Positions 30,730 to 53,390 of a stretch of 64,000 bases of DNA are shown piece by piece (position 1 is the stretch's first letter; the number at the start of each line of letters is the position of its first letter). The DNA is from the human T2T-CHM13v2.0 reference genome, Homo sapiens. The stretch lies in the NCBI RefSeq assembly GCF_009914755.1, contig NC_060928.1; one strand, 5' to 3'. The translations under genes were made by a program, and so were the position numbers. Under the pieces are notes generated by a model. The model had not been told where the DNA came from, ran no database searches, and worked only from the letters and a program-made list of their open reading frames with translations.

Positions 30730-32130
30730 AATGGGGAAAAATGAAAGCCCTTTTTTTTTTTAACAATAGAGTAACACCTAATATAGAAGGAATAGAGTTC
30801 AAATTCAGCAGTGGTTGCTGGGAATTAAAGTTTGAGATAGTTACACAGTCTCAAAGTGTCCCCTATAAGTTCCTATTGATTATAAAGGGAAAAATAGTAG
30901 CTTTAAAAGTGGAGCAACCTAACAGACACCACCTAAACAAATGATCAGCCCACCTGGTGCCCTTATCTTGGTTTCTAAATGTCATTCCCAACTGAAAGGA
31001 AGCCTGTAAACTTGGAGAAGAGGTCAATTTCAGGATGAAGACAGGGACAAGATGAGCCTGAGGCCACTTGTCCAGAAAGTAATGAAGTGCTCAAAGAACG
31101 ACAGGGATATATCAAAAGCACATGCAGGTCATCTTGAGGAAGGTCCCATTGGACAAATCTCTGAACATTTTAATGGCAAAATAAATGATGGCAGTAATGA
31201 ATAACAGGTGTCTCATGGTTTTTGCGGGGTATTGGTTCTATGACTCCCCATGGATGCCAAAATCCCCCAGATGCCTAAGTCCCCCAGTAGGCCCTCTGTA
31301 TCCTTGGGTTCCACATCTGTGGACTCAGCCAACCACAGATCAAGTTCCCATGGATATAGAGGACACACTGGGTACATGTTTAAAAAAAAAACACGAATCC
31401 ATGCATTTCTCTATAAATAATTGAGTAAATACATAAATGGGGAGAAGCTTTTTTTTTTTTTAACAATAGAATAACACCTAAATACAGAAGAAAGGATGGA
31501 GTTCAAAAATGAGCATTGGATGCTGTGGACAGAAGTTTGAGATAGTTACACAGTCTCAAAGTGCCCCTTACAAATTGCCTGTTGATTACAACAGGAAAAT
31601 AGTAACTTTAAAATGGAGAAACCTAAAACACCACCTAAACAAACGATCACAGTTAACGCTAGCAATTTTGGAACAAATGAATGTCATGAGCCTTCTGATC
31701 AGAGGCACCAAGAAGGACACACCATCACTTCTGGTAGAATCCTGCCATACATAACCTGAATCAAGTCATGAAGAAAACTCAGACAAACCCAAGTGTCCTT
31801 TGTTTTTTTTTGTTTTTTTTTTTTTTTACTTTGACAGATTTTCTACCAAATAAAAAAAGGTGACCTTCACTCTTCAAAATTATCAAAAGAAGAATGAGGA
31901 ACTGTTCCAGATTAAAGACATGACAACCAAACAACGTGATTCTGTACTGGATCCTTCACTGAGCTGGGGGTAAGGGGAGCTAGAGCAGACATTGAGACAA
32001 TTGATGGACATTTGATTAAAAACTATGAATTAGATAATATCAGTATTAACTTCCCTGGGTTTCCTAATTGTACTGTGGTTATATAAGAGAACATTCCTAT
32101 TCTTCGGTAAAAGGACACCGAGCCATAATT
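30730..32130 (+). mobile_element. L1MC-type 3' end with duplicated segment and nested MER2-like element (~31205-31370)
   Basis: ggaaaatagtaactttaaaatggagaaacct...caccacctaaacaa...gatca; aagaatgaggaactgttccagattaaag. Confidence 0.75.
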
Positions 32131-32348
32131 CATTTTCCAAGCTTTCATTAGGAATTGAGTTCTCGACCACCTGGAACATTTTCCCTGGGCATTTGTGGGT
32201 GTTTATCTTAGAGGATATGCTGCTTTTGGTGGGTTTGTGGCTTAGGAAAGAACCCACCTGGAACCAGGTCTCCTGGGGCCATAACGCCCTGCTCTGCTTA
32301 GCATCCTGTAGCCAGGCTGGATTCTCAACTCTTTGTAAATCTCAGTCA

Positions 32349-33951
<1,603 letters not shown>

Positions 33952-36263
33952 TGAGTTGATTACTTTTAGGTTCTTTCAGCAAAAGCTGTCCAGATCGGGC
34001 TGTTGCCACACTCCAAAGGACTCTGACATCACACCCTTCCCTGACTTCTGCCCCTGCCTTGTTCTCTTTCTCAGTTTTGTTTGGGAGCACATCTTTAATA
34101 AACAACTTGCACATCCTCATCACAGGCTCTCATTCTGGAAACCCAAACCAAGATCTTCCTAAGCTTATTCTACCCTAGGTGCTCAGCAGATGTGGATTCT
34201 CATACCTAAGGCCCTCTCTCCTCCTCCTGGACGTGGTGAGGAGTAGAGGGTAGGAAGGCAACAGAGCCCTGGATTTCTGTGCAGTTCCCAACTGCCAACA
34301 TTGTCAAGTCCACATCTCATATTCCCTGTGCTTGTAAGTGACAGTTTAATATCAATTTTATTTTTCAAGGAATAACTGTTTACAAGAGGTGGAACCCTTG
34401 CCGGTCAAAAAATGTATAGGTGATCTTAGGGCAAGAAACCTTTCTTTCAGGCACTTAATAGGATACTTACAGGCAGAAGCTTCCTGAGAGTGTCATGCTC
34501 TGGGAACCAAGAGACCTAAGGTCCAGACCTGATTCTATCAAGGCCTCATGGTATGAGCTGGAGGCCCATGGAATATAAATGACTAATCTCCATATCTGCA
34601 AAGTGAGGGTACTTGGACTCATACACTTTCGAGAATTCAAAGAATAGAGACTCTTCCCAGAAAAAAAAAATCCATTGTGCACAAATATTTTGCATTCAAT
34701 TTCAAGGGTTTCTAAATAGATCCCACTGAAGTCCATCACTGGATCCTTTACTAGATTATTTCTAATTATCTTAATAGTGCTCGCATTTTATATTTGTTTT
34801 CTCAAGTCTATAACTGAGACCCATGTAATCAAGGACAGACTGAGAATGCTTGAGTAAGTATAAATTCTTCTGAAGCATGAGGATCAGAACTGTTTTTAAT
34901 TTGGTTTCTTTGTGGAGCAAAGATGCCATTTACTGCCAAGAAGAAAATATGTGTTTTAAAAATAAATTCTCCTACATTCTAGGAGAAAACATCTGGGAAC
35001 AGCATACATCTTATGTCCTTGGTGGGGAATATGTTATCTTTCTAGTAGAATGAAGTTGGAATCTCACAAGAAAAGATTCCAATCCCAGCTCTATCACTTA
35101 GCAGATTTGATGATGAGCAAGAATAATAACTCAGATTCAAAGTAATTTTACCGTTAAAATGGAAAAAAAACCCTTATGCCCTCCTTATAGGGCTATATTG
35201 GTGATGAAGTTAAATGAGACAATACTCATACATTCTTTGGCATGTTATTCTCCTCTGTTTCACTCTAGTTTCTGTTCCTCTTCCTGTCTTAAAGGGTGGT
35301 ATTCTCTGAATTCTTTCATCCTTGACTCAATCTTATCTATACTGTCCTTCAGTTTTAACTTCAAGGGTGGCTGATGACTTCAAGTGTTGACCTTCAACCT
35401 TGTCCTGTCCCTCCACGTTCTGCTGTCATATAATCAGATGGGATGTTTTCCCATGGAGTGGGTTTCTGTGCTTTGGCCTATTCACTAGACAAATCTATTT
35501 TGGTAATGGAACTGCTCTTCTTTTCAGAGATTTCCCTGACCATACTTCCTCCCACCAGCAGGAAGGACATATAATCCAGAATCACTGTTCAGATTATCTC
35601 TTCCCATCCACTCACTAATTTTCCAGGGGGCAGATATATGAGCCCAGTGGGGGCTGTTCAAGTTCCTTCCCAAGAGTTGATGTGGTTGCTAAGAGCCAAG
35701 CCTCTTCAGCTTGTCAGATCGGAAGCTTGTTGATCGGAAAATAAAGCATGTCAATTGTTATCACCACCATAAAGAGTGAGCCCAAGGGTGCTACAAAAGG
35801 AAATTCAAGCTGAGAGAATGAAAGAAAAATTCTGATTGTAGTTGAGTCCTGGAATCCAGCTGTAACAGGTATAACCATGAGCCATTTCAAAACCAAGTCA
35901 AACAAGCTTACATAATTTACATAACAAACTTACAGAAATTAGTTTATGTAATTAAGAATCTGTTGCATTATCTGAACTCAAGCTAAACAGTTCTCCTTGT
36001 GCTCTTGTTCCAGGTGGAGGTACTAATGTTCACTTAGTCATTCCAACAGAAAACCTGGAGTCATCCTTAACTCTTCCTCCTCCTCCTCTTCCATCATGCC
36101 TACACCCATTATATCCACCAGTCCTACTGTTCTTTAGTATTTCTCAAATTGTCTCACTCTTCTCCATCTGAGCTCCCACCATCCTCATTCATACACTCTC
36201 CTTCCTGGGTTACCATTAGATCTTACTAGTCTTTTTGTCTCTGATCTTGTTCCTCTCATGTTA

Positions 36264-36743
<480 letters not shown>

Positions 36744-36804
36744 TCATTACCCACTAGTGATATGCTGTCACCCACATTTGGTACCTTTGCTCATCACTTT
36801 GGGA

Positions 36805-37030
36805 GAGCAGTGTAGCTTGTTGCTATTAAAAAATGAGGCTTTAGAATCATACTGACCTGAGTTCAAATCCTCATTCTGATGTGTACCACCTACTGCTTGG
36901 GCAAGCTACTTAACTTTTACAGCCTTATTGTTAGATTTGAAAAATAGGGATGCTGATAGTAGCGGTTTCATTGAGCACAGTATCATCTGAGTTAAGATTG
37001 CATGAAAAGCACTTAAGACAGTATCAGAAG
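36805..37030 (+). mobile_element. MIR
   Basis: ggctttagaatcatactgacctgagttcaaatcc...ttgggcaagctacttaac. Confidence 0.75.
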
Positions 37031-37939
37031 GCAGCAAGGCCTGGTAGATGTTGGACATTTTTTCGTTGTTTGTATTTCCTTTGCCTAGAATGCTCTTATT
37101 GCTGACTTTGTCCCACTATTCATTTTGCTGGCTCACTGCTGCACAACCTCTGACTTGGCTCAGATATCATCTCTTCCAAAGGCATCCTTGGGTGGGGGAG
37201 TCTGCATCTGTTACCCTAGGCTCATCACTCTCATTGCTCTTAGCATATGTATCAGACTTACCTTCTCATCTATTCTGAGTTCCTTGAGGGCCATGTCATA
37301 ATGTTTGCATCTCCATTTCCTAACAATTTTTGGATTGAATTGAATAGAAATGTTATCTTCCTCCTCAGCCTCCAGTGGGGAGCAGGAGAGAACTAAGCAG
37401 CAACCATGTTAATTTCCTTGAATTCTTTTGCATGCTGTTTTTCATTATTTTTCTCAATACACATAATTTAAAGCCATTCTACCTGTCTGCTTTTATCCTG
37501 TTAGTCTCTGACAGGTGAGATATTAGGAGAGACAGGATGTGTGAATACAAGTAAGTAGAAACAATTTGACAAACGTTCTCTTCCTTCCAAGAAAAGCATC
37601 TCTTTTCCTGTTTTTCTCTGGCCTTGGAATGATGGATTGTAAAAATCGAATCAACATCTCCTTTTATTACAACACATTAGCTAGGCCCAGCCGAAGATTT
37701 ATAGCTTTCTGTAAAAACAGAGTCTAGGGGAATGTTAAATACTCAGTTTTTACCATCCTTTCTGCTTTTCACCCCCACCCCAATCCTGTGGGAATAGATG
37801 GTCAATACATGGTGCTTAGGTAGTTACAAAGTCTAGGAGTTACTGAGTCGGAACTAGATGCCCAGGAGAAAAGGCTGGTTAGCTTAGTTTGTTTCATGAG
37901 TCAGACTTCCAAAAGTGGTTTGGTTATTATTCTATCTTT

Positions 37940-38058
37940 TAAATATGGGGTCTTGTTATATTGCCCAGGCTGGTCTCAAACTCCTGGGCTCAAGTGATTC
38001 TTTCACCTCAACCTCATGAGCAGCTGCAATTACAAGTGTGAGCCACTGCACCTGGCTA
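37940..38058 (-). mobile_element. Alu monomer (FLAM-like)
   Basis: gttatattgcccaggctggtctcaaactcctgggctcaagtgat...gagccactgcacctggc. Confidence 0.85.
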
Positions 38059-38837
38059 GCTTGGTTTATATGAAAAAGCAGTGAGTTTGGAAATGGTTGA
38101 ATCTGTCCTTTTTATAGGCAGAGCAACCAGGACTCAAGAAGTTTAACATTCACTAGCTGGGTGATCCTGGGGAGATTATTTTCCTTAAGTGCTATTGAAA
38201 GGAGAAAATCATATAAGGTCCATGTAACACTTATCAGAGTGCTGGCGCACAGGAGCACCTAACACTTTTTTTTGTGTACACCTAGTAACTGAAAAGAGTG
38301 GTCCTAACATGTCACTGCCAGTTCCCCTTTTAGGTTTTATTTCCCGTAAGGTTTTATTACCCGCATTCCTCACATTTTTACATGGAGAAGGGACTTTCTG
38401 TTCTACTATCCAGAAGTATATGAAGAGCACTTCCAGCTCTCTTCCTTGTGAACTTTGCTTTGGCTCAGAGGAGGAGTAAAGGGGTCCCATCCTGTTTGGG
38501 TAATGAGCTGAGCCTGTGTGGCTGCTCACCAGGGTGATCATTCTTTTGTGGGTTCCCCCAACCCACAGGATGTGTGTTGTCTCCTACTCCCTTTTGTGGG
38601 GCACTAACAGGGCCCCGCTGATTCTGTAAAGAAGACTTTGATGTCCTGCAGGCTCAGTGACTGGATGGCAGCTATCTATAGCATGTGAAATCTCAAGAGG
38701 CTTATTATGACCACATGTGTCAACTGTGTTCTCCAATCTAGTTGCCAGAAATGAAGTTAAGGTATTTAACTCCGTCTGACTTCTGTGTTATTCCTTGGTT
38801 GATTTCCTAATTTGGGAGTAGACAGAAAAGTTGAAGG

Positions 38838-39552
<715 letters not shown>

Positions 39553-41394
39553 GCTAACTAATGTTAATATCTTGTAAGATCTTGATCCATTGGCCAGATG
39601 TGTTGAGAGAGAAATTCTGGTGGCTGGGAACACAACTAATAAGGAGTCAGATCAAGGCTTTGGGCCTTGCCAGGGCCCCAAACCTCAAATATTAGTACAA
39701 GAGCAGTTGGTGGATCATGGAAGCATCTTTCTCCATTGCTCATGATGAACAACTGTTTCTACTTGGTCAAGCTGATTAGGACTTAGGAAGCAGGGCCCTG
39801 TGATGCTCTAGCACTGACCTGAACTGACTCGGGCATGTGTAGTCATTCCGTTGGCAAAGGACGGCTCAGGCGAAAATAATAGGAAAAGTGTGTTTGAGCT
39901 TTGGTTAAGGCTCCATTCCAAAGAGGCAAATCTTTCCAGTGCGGCTGACTTGACTTTGGTGGATGTTGCTATTTTTCTTGTTTCTTAGCCAAATTTGCAG
40001 GCCAGGACTTTAATCTGCAAAGACAGCTGTATTTCTTGCGGGGCTCAAGGCATTCCTGTAGGCTTCTTGCAAGTCATATGAAGTTAGCCTCAGACCACCT
40101 GCCTCAAATTCAGTTACTACTTGTGCTGTTTACAGATAGCATCCAGAGCCAAGTTAGATAGCTAAGAAAATAAGCAAATGAAATGCAAGTACTTTGTTTA
40201 GATCTTAATTTGAACAATACATTTTGAGACAATTAGGGATATTTGAATATAGATTGGGTATTAGACAATAACAAAGAGTTATTCATAATTTTGGGGGTAT
40301 AATATTTTGATTTATGTAAGAAAAATATCTTTTTTAAAGGGCTGGCTACTGAATTATGTAGGAATGACATGTTTGCCATTAATTTTAAGGAACTAATGCT
40401 TTGAGTATCAAATCTCTAAATCAATGTAAAATATTAGGAGGCCCACTAGGAACATGTGTATAAACTATATTTTGTTGGGTATAATAGTATCAATAGTAAC
40501 AACAGGAATGGTATCAATAATACAATCATTAAATGGAATTCAGGATGGTTCAATGATTTACTTTATTAATAGCCCCAAGGAGGAAAAAACTCCCATATAA
40601 TCATTACAATGTGAAAGACATTTGAAAAAAAAACTCAACAACCCTTCCCAAAAAGTAATTATCAGATTGTAGATGTTAAAGTTTATTATAAAGTTCAATA
40701 ATTGAGAATGTAATACAGGAAAAGAAAATAACTGTATAGAATAGTACGTTTACCTGCAGACCTAAGTACATATGGGAATATGGATTTTAATATCTAGCAA
40801 GTTATATATGTTTCTAATCAGATTCCTCCACCCAAAGCAATAAGCCTGGATTAGAGTGAAATACCAAAAGTAATCTGATACTTACTAGTACTAACACTAG
40901 ATTTGATATTAGTAGTGCTATTTTAATTTTTTTTTTTAGAGATGTGTCTTGGTATACTGCCCAGGCCAGTGTCAAACCCCTAGGCTCAAGCAATCCTACC
41001 TTCTCAGCCTTCTGAATAACTAGTAGTAGTTAATATTGTTCTGAATGTGCTAGTCAAAGCAGTTAAATAGAAGAAAAAAATAGGTATAAGAAGAACTTGG
41101 TATGTTATTTGCAATAATTATTTCTAAATATGTATACTAATTTTCTATGAATTATTTTAGTATCTACTAATACTACATAAATGTGACAAGTTGGAACTTT
41201 AATATATAGAAACTAGTAGCATTTTTTAAAAAAAGATCATTGTTTAAAAAAAAACAATGATCAACATATAATGGAAGAAAAGATCATATTTATAGAACTA
41301 AGGTAAAACAAACACATAGGAATAAACCTAAGAAATGTGGGGGACCTATACATAACCAAATCTTTTTTTTCTCCTTTTTCACCTTTTAGGTTCG

Positions 41395-41726
41395 GAGGTG
41401 GGCAGGCTGCTTATGAATGATTTAGCATCATCCCTTTGGTGCTGTCCTCACGGTAGTGAGTTAGTTCTCATGAGAACTGGCTGTTTAAAAGTGTGTAGCA
41501 CCTCCCCCCTCACTCTCTTCCTTCTGCTCTGGCCATGTATGATGTGCCTTGCTTCCCTTTTGCCTTCCGCCATGATTGAAAGTTTCCTGAGACCTCCCCA
41601 GAAGCAGAGGCCAGCATCATGCTTCCTGTGCAGCCTGCAGAACCGTAAGCCAATTAAGCCTTTATTCTTTAGGAATTACCCAGTTTCAGGTATTTATTTA
41701 TAGCAGTGCGAGAATGGACTAATACA
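41395..41726 (+). mobile_element. MST-type MaLR LTR, 5' truncated
   Basis: ccttccgccatgattgaaagtttcctgagacctccccagaagc...aatggactaataca. Confidence 0.88.
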
Positions 41727-43520
41727 GGCATATACTCAATAATGATTTTGCTGGGTCAAACAGTAGTTCTGAGTTCTTTGAGAAATCTCCAACTGCTTTC
41801 TACAGTGGCTGAACTAATTTACATTCCCACCAGAAGTATATAAGCATTCCCTTTTCTCCACAATCTTGCCAGCATCTGTAATTTTCTGACTTTAATAATA
41901 GACATTCTGATTGGGGTGGGATATGACACCTCATTGTAGTTTTGATTTGCATTTCTCTAATGATTAGTGATGTTCAGCATTTTTCATGTTTGGCTGTGCA
42001 TATGTCGTCTTTTGAGAAATGTCATCTTGAGAAATGTCTGTTCATGTCCTTTACCCATTTTAAGAAGGTTGCTTGTTTTTTGCTTGCTGATTTAAGATTC
42101 CCTATAGATTCTGGATATTAGAACTTTGTCAGGTGCATAGTTTGCATATATTTTCTCCCATTCTGGAGGTTGTCTGTTTACTCTGTTGATAGTTTCTTTT
42201 GCTGTGCAGAAGTTATTTAATTGGGTCCTACTTATCTATAAATACTCTTTATTGCAATTGCTTCTGAAGACTTTGTCCTGAAATCTTTGCCAAGACCTAT
42301 GTCCTGAATGGCATTTTCTAGGTTTTCTTCTAAGGTTTTCATAGTTTTAGGTCTTACATTTAAGTCTTTAATCCATCTTAAATTGAGTTTTGTATGTGGT
42401 GAAAGGAAGGGGTCCAGTTTCAATCTTCTGCATATGGCTAGCCTGTTATCACAGCACTATTAATTAAGGAGTCCTTTCCCCATTTCTCGTTTTTGTCAAT
42501 TTTGTCAAAGACCAGATGGATGTAGGTGTGTGGCTTTATTTCTGGGTTTCCTAACCTATTCCATTGGTCTATATATCTGTTTTGGTACCAGTACCATGTT
42601 GTTTTGGTTACTGTAGCCTTGTGGTATAGTTTGAAGTCCAGTAGTGTGGTGCTTCTGGCTTTGTTCTTTCAGCTTAGGATTCCTTTGGCTCTTCAGTCTC
42701 CTTTTTAGTTCCATATGAATTTTAGAACCATTTTTTTTTCTAATTCTGTGAAAAATGATGTTGCTGGTCTGAGAGAAATAGCACTGAATCTGTAAGTTGC
42801 TTTGGGTAATAAGGCCATTTTAACAATGTTGAGTCTAGTCCTTCCTATCCATGAGCATGGAGTGTTTTTACCTTTGTTTGTGTCATCTCTGATTTCTTTT
42901 CTTTTCCTTTTTTTTTTTTTCTTTTTTAGATGGAGTCTTCCTCTGTCGCCCAGGCTGGAGTATAGTGGTGCAATCTCGGCTCACTGCCTCCCAGGTTCAA
43001 GCAATTCTCCTGCCTCAGCCTCTCAAGAAGCTGGGATTACAGGCACCTGCCACCTGCCACCATGCCTGGCTAATTTTTGTATTTTTAGTAGAGACAGGGT
43101 TTCACCACGTTGGCCAGGCTGGTCTTGAACTCCTGACAGGTGATCTGCCCACCTCAGCATCCCAAAGTGCTGGGATTACAGGCATGAGCCACCATGCTGG
43201 CCGTCATCTCTGATTTTTTTTAAGCAGTGTTTTGTAATCCTTTTTGCAGAGATGTTTCACCTCTCTAGTTAGTTGTGTTCCCAGGTATCTTATTTTTGTT
43301 TTTTTTTTTTGGCTTTTGTGAATGGGATTGCATTCTAGATTTTGCCCTCAGCTTGGATGTTACTGGTGTATAATTTTTGTATATCAATTTGATATTCTGA
43401 AACTTCACTGCAGTTGTTTATCAGTTCTAGGAGGCTTTGGACAGAGACTATGGGGTTTTCTAGATAGAAATATATTGTCTGCAAAGACGTAGTTTGACTT
43501 CCTCTCTTTCTATTTGAATA
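41727..43520 (-). mobile_element. L1P ORF2 3' region containing an antisense Alu (42895-43202)
   Basis: [35 protein letters not shown]; Alu flanked by gtcatctctgattt. Confidence 0.9.
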
Positions 43521-43779
43521 ATATTGACTTCCTACGTATGCAAGCACAGGATATGCCTCTGTTGTCTATCATTTTTTTCCCCATGTCAAAAATGGAAATA
43601 CATCTTTATATATCATAAACAAATTATAATCTCAAGTAATGCCCACCATTCAAAAAAAATTACTTTAAATGTTATTTAACTATTATTTAATTCATCTGGA
43701 GAAATAAACATTTAGGAAGATCCCAAGGGAATGGCAAAAAGAGAAGGGAAGTGGTAAAGGGTAGAAGAAAAGAGCTAAC

Positions 43780-44256
43780 ACAGCGGGGTCTGAGACTGAT
43801 CTTTAGAAGGGTCTGCTTGAAGGTTGGCCCCAGGCTGGTAAACAGTTACTCACACTGATAGGAAGTTTCCTCTCAATAAGAGTGTCTCACTGTGTGGTTT
43901 GTGCTGAATGCATGCCAGGCAGAGGGTGTCAACAAAACCAGGCCCCAATAAAAACTCTGTTTTTTTATGAGCTCAATAAAAACCTCTAATGAGCTTCCCA
44001 GATAGGTACTTTGTCACAACTCCTTGCAGTAGGAATTAAGTGTGCCCTGTGTGACTCCACAATTAGAAGATTCCTGGGGGCTTGCACCTGGTTTATTCTG
44101 GACGTGTCTCTATGTACCCTCCCCTTTTGCTCACTATATTTTGTATCCCTTCATTGTGATAAATCTTAGCTACAAGTATGACTATATGATGGGTCCTGAG
44201 AGCTCTTGTAGTGGGCCATGAAAACTCGGGGTGGTCTTGGTGGGACCCCTGACACA
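43780..44256 (+). mobile_element. MER21-like LTR
   Basis: tcctgagagctcttgtagtgggccatgaaaactcggggtggtcttggtgggacccctgacaca terminus. Confidence 0.7.
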
Positions 44257-44682
44257 GATAGATACTTGAAGGAGATGCTTGGAAGGATAGATGACAACTC
44301 AGGAAGAAACAATGATTTGGAAAGGCTAGAGAAAGGAAGGTTTTAAGAAAACTAGAATGATTAATTTTCAAATGCTTCAGAGAAACACTAAAATTAAAAT
44401 GCAAGTCTTAAAGTAGTTTACTAAAAGCTAAATAAGACAACCTGGCGAGAAGCCTAGATGACAAACATTGCCAAATTGAGGCAAGGGGGATGCATATTGT
44501 TGTCTGATTGTTTGTCTTAAAGTCTAGACTGTAGACTAAAGGTTAATAGAGAAGCTTCACATATGTGCACTGTTGTGGATTGAATTGTGTTCCCTGAAGT
44601 CTAAAGCCCTAAAAGTTATCAATATGACCATTTATAGAAATAGGATCTCTGCGAATATAATTAGGTGGTCATATTGGATTAT

Positions 44683-45040
44683 AGAAAGCTCCACTGATTG
44701 TCCCCCCAACAAGACGACCAAGTTAACACCTATCTACACAGAAAAAAACACCTTTATAAGAACTAATAATCATGTGAGCACACACAGTACCTGGTTTTAA
44801 TTTCATATAGCTGAAAGAGGCACTAAAGAGATAGAAAAAACAGCCCTGAATTGCCAACACCACCCCTCCCTCACCCGTTGCCAGCAGCAGGCAAAGCAGC
44901 ATGATGCAGAGGGCATCTCTGGGCGCTGAGGGAGAGAGAACACAGCAATTGCGAGGCCTTGAACTCAGTGCTGTCCTGTTAGAGCAGAAAGGAAATCCAG
45001 ACCAAATTTAGCCAATGTCCACCCAGAGAGGGAGCATTTA
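44683..45040 (+). mobile_element. Old L1 5' end fragment (L1M1/L1PB-like)
   Basis: atagaaagctccactgattgtcccccc...cacagtacctggttttaatttcatatagctgaaagaggcact. Confidence 0.6.
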
Positions 45041-45314
45041 TTATTTCTTTTTGTAGTGCTAAGTTTTTATTCCCTTTTCTTTATTGTTTGTGTATCTGCT
45101 ATGGTTTTTTGCTTTGTGTTTACTTAGGACTGAAATAAAACATCTCATAAGTATAATAGACTATTTTACACTGATAACATAAATTCTGTTGCATACAGAA
45201 ACATTAGACTTGTACCTGCCCCCCACACAATTTTTTCACTTATTTCACTATTTACATTTTTTATATTATATATTTCTTGAAAACCTGTAGCTATTATTAT
45301 TTTTGACTGTTTTG

Positions 45315-50490
<5,176 letters not shown>

Positions 50491-50492
50491 AC

Positions 50493-50809
50493 ATTATTAT
50501 TATTATTATTTTTGAGATGGGTTCTTGCTCTGTCACCCAGGCTGGAGTACAGTGATGCCATCACAGCTCACTGCAGACTCCACCTCCTGGGCTCAAACAA
50601 TCCTCCCACCTCAGCCTCCTGAGTAGGTCGGACGACAGGCATGCACCACCATGCCCTGCTAATTTTTTCTATTTTTATTTTTATTTTTTTGTAGAAACGA
50701 GGTTTAACTATGTTGTCCAGGCTGGTCTTGAACTCCTGAGCTTAAGCAATCCACCCACTGCAGCCTCCCAAAATGCTCAGATTACAGGAGTGAGCCACTG
50801 CACCCAGCC
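50493..50809 (-). mobile_element. AluJ-like
   Basis: Antisense dimer with (TTA)n tail. Confidence 0.92.
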
Positions 50810-51115
50810 AATTTTTTATTATTTGAAGGAGGGTCCAAAATTTGTGTAAATGTCCACCTCACCTCAAAAAACTAGTTCTGCCCCTGGCTGTGGTCTTAAG
50901 TAGAGAAATATAAGTACTTCTGAAGGAGATCTTGGCAATGGGGAAACTAGAGGTATACATATACCCTGACCTTTTTATCCTGCTACCTTCTGATCTTCAA
51001 ACCCAAACAGAAGCCAGAGATTAAGGGAGCCCTTATACTTCAGTCCATAGAGTTCGGCCTCTCTGGACATAAGCAGGTTGGTGAAGAGACAAGCAGAACA
51101 TATCCAGCATTGTGA

Positions 51116-51178
51116 AGAACCTCAGTGGTTGCCATGAAAACCTCAATGGTTGCCATGAGAACTTCAGTGGTTGCCATA
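51116..51178. repeat. 21-bp tandem repeat x3
   Basis: agaacctcagtggttgccatg / aaaacctcaatggttgccatg / agaacttcagtggttgccata. Confidence 0.95.
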
Positions 51179-51959
51179 ATGGGTCTTCCACTAGAATGAC
51201 ACCCAGAGACACGCTACCTGTGCCCATCCCCACTCATTCTTCTCCACTGGAAATGGAATGACATGCAAGTACTGCCTCTGGGAGAAGGAAGTGAGTATGG
51301 AAGGATCAGCTCCTTCTGAGCTCTCTTCTATTGGTGCCTGACTGTCTGCCTGGCTGCAGAGAGGGCTTGTCCTGTGTGTGCTCAGGCCATATGGCCCATG
51401 GTTCTCCAGCTGTGCCAGCAAATGGGATCTTGTCTGCCAATCTAGGGCCAAGACAGAAGAATGCTCGCTTGAGAATCTGGTTTGGATGGACTGAAATAGG
51501 GTTCCTTCCAGCTCTACTTGATGGTAGTAATAATGACAGTAATAATAAACAGCATTATTATTATGACCTAGTCCAACCCCTATATTCTACAGGTTAAAAA
51601 TTTATTTTGCTTTTAAAAATTACTTCATTTAAATATTTATTATGGCTATTTATTTTTAGCTTTCTTACAAGTCTTAGTTTTTACTGTGGTTGAATATATG
51701 GATAACTTCCAGTTTTAGAAAGCATTTGTGTAAATTACTAGCAAATACAACTGACAATAATGATCTTCTCATTTTATTTGAGAAACCTGAGTTCTAAATC
51801 ATAATTTTTTTATGGCTTTCCTAGTGAAATTTCTATCAAAATAAATATAGACTGGAAAGAAGAACACTATTTCCTGCTAAATATAATACATAATCCTTTA
51901 AAAGACAGGGATTTATATAATATTGGGGCTAGATGAAATGAAGTGACTCATCTAGTATT

Positions 51960-53390
<1,431 letters not shown>

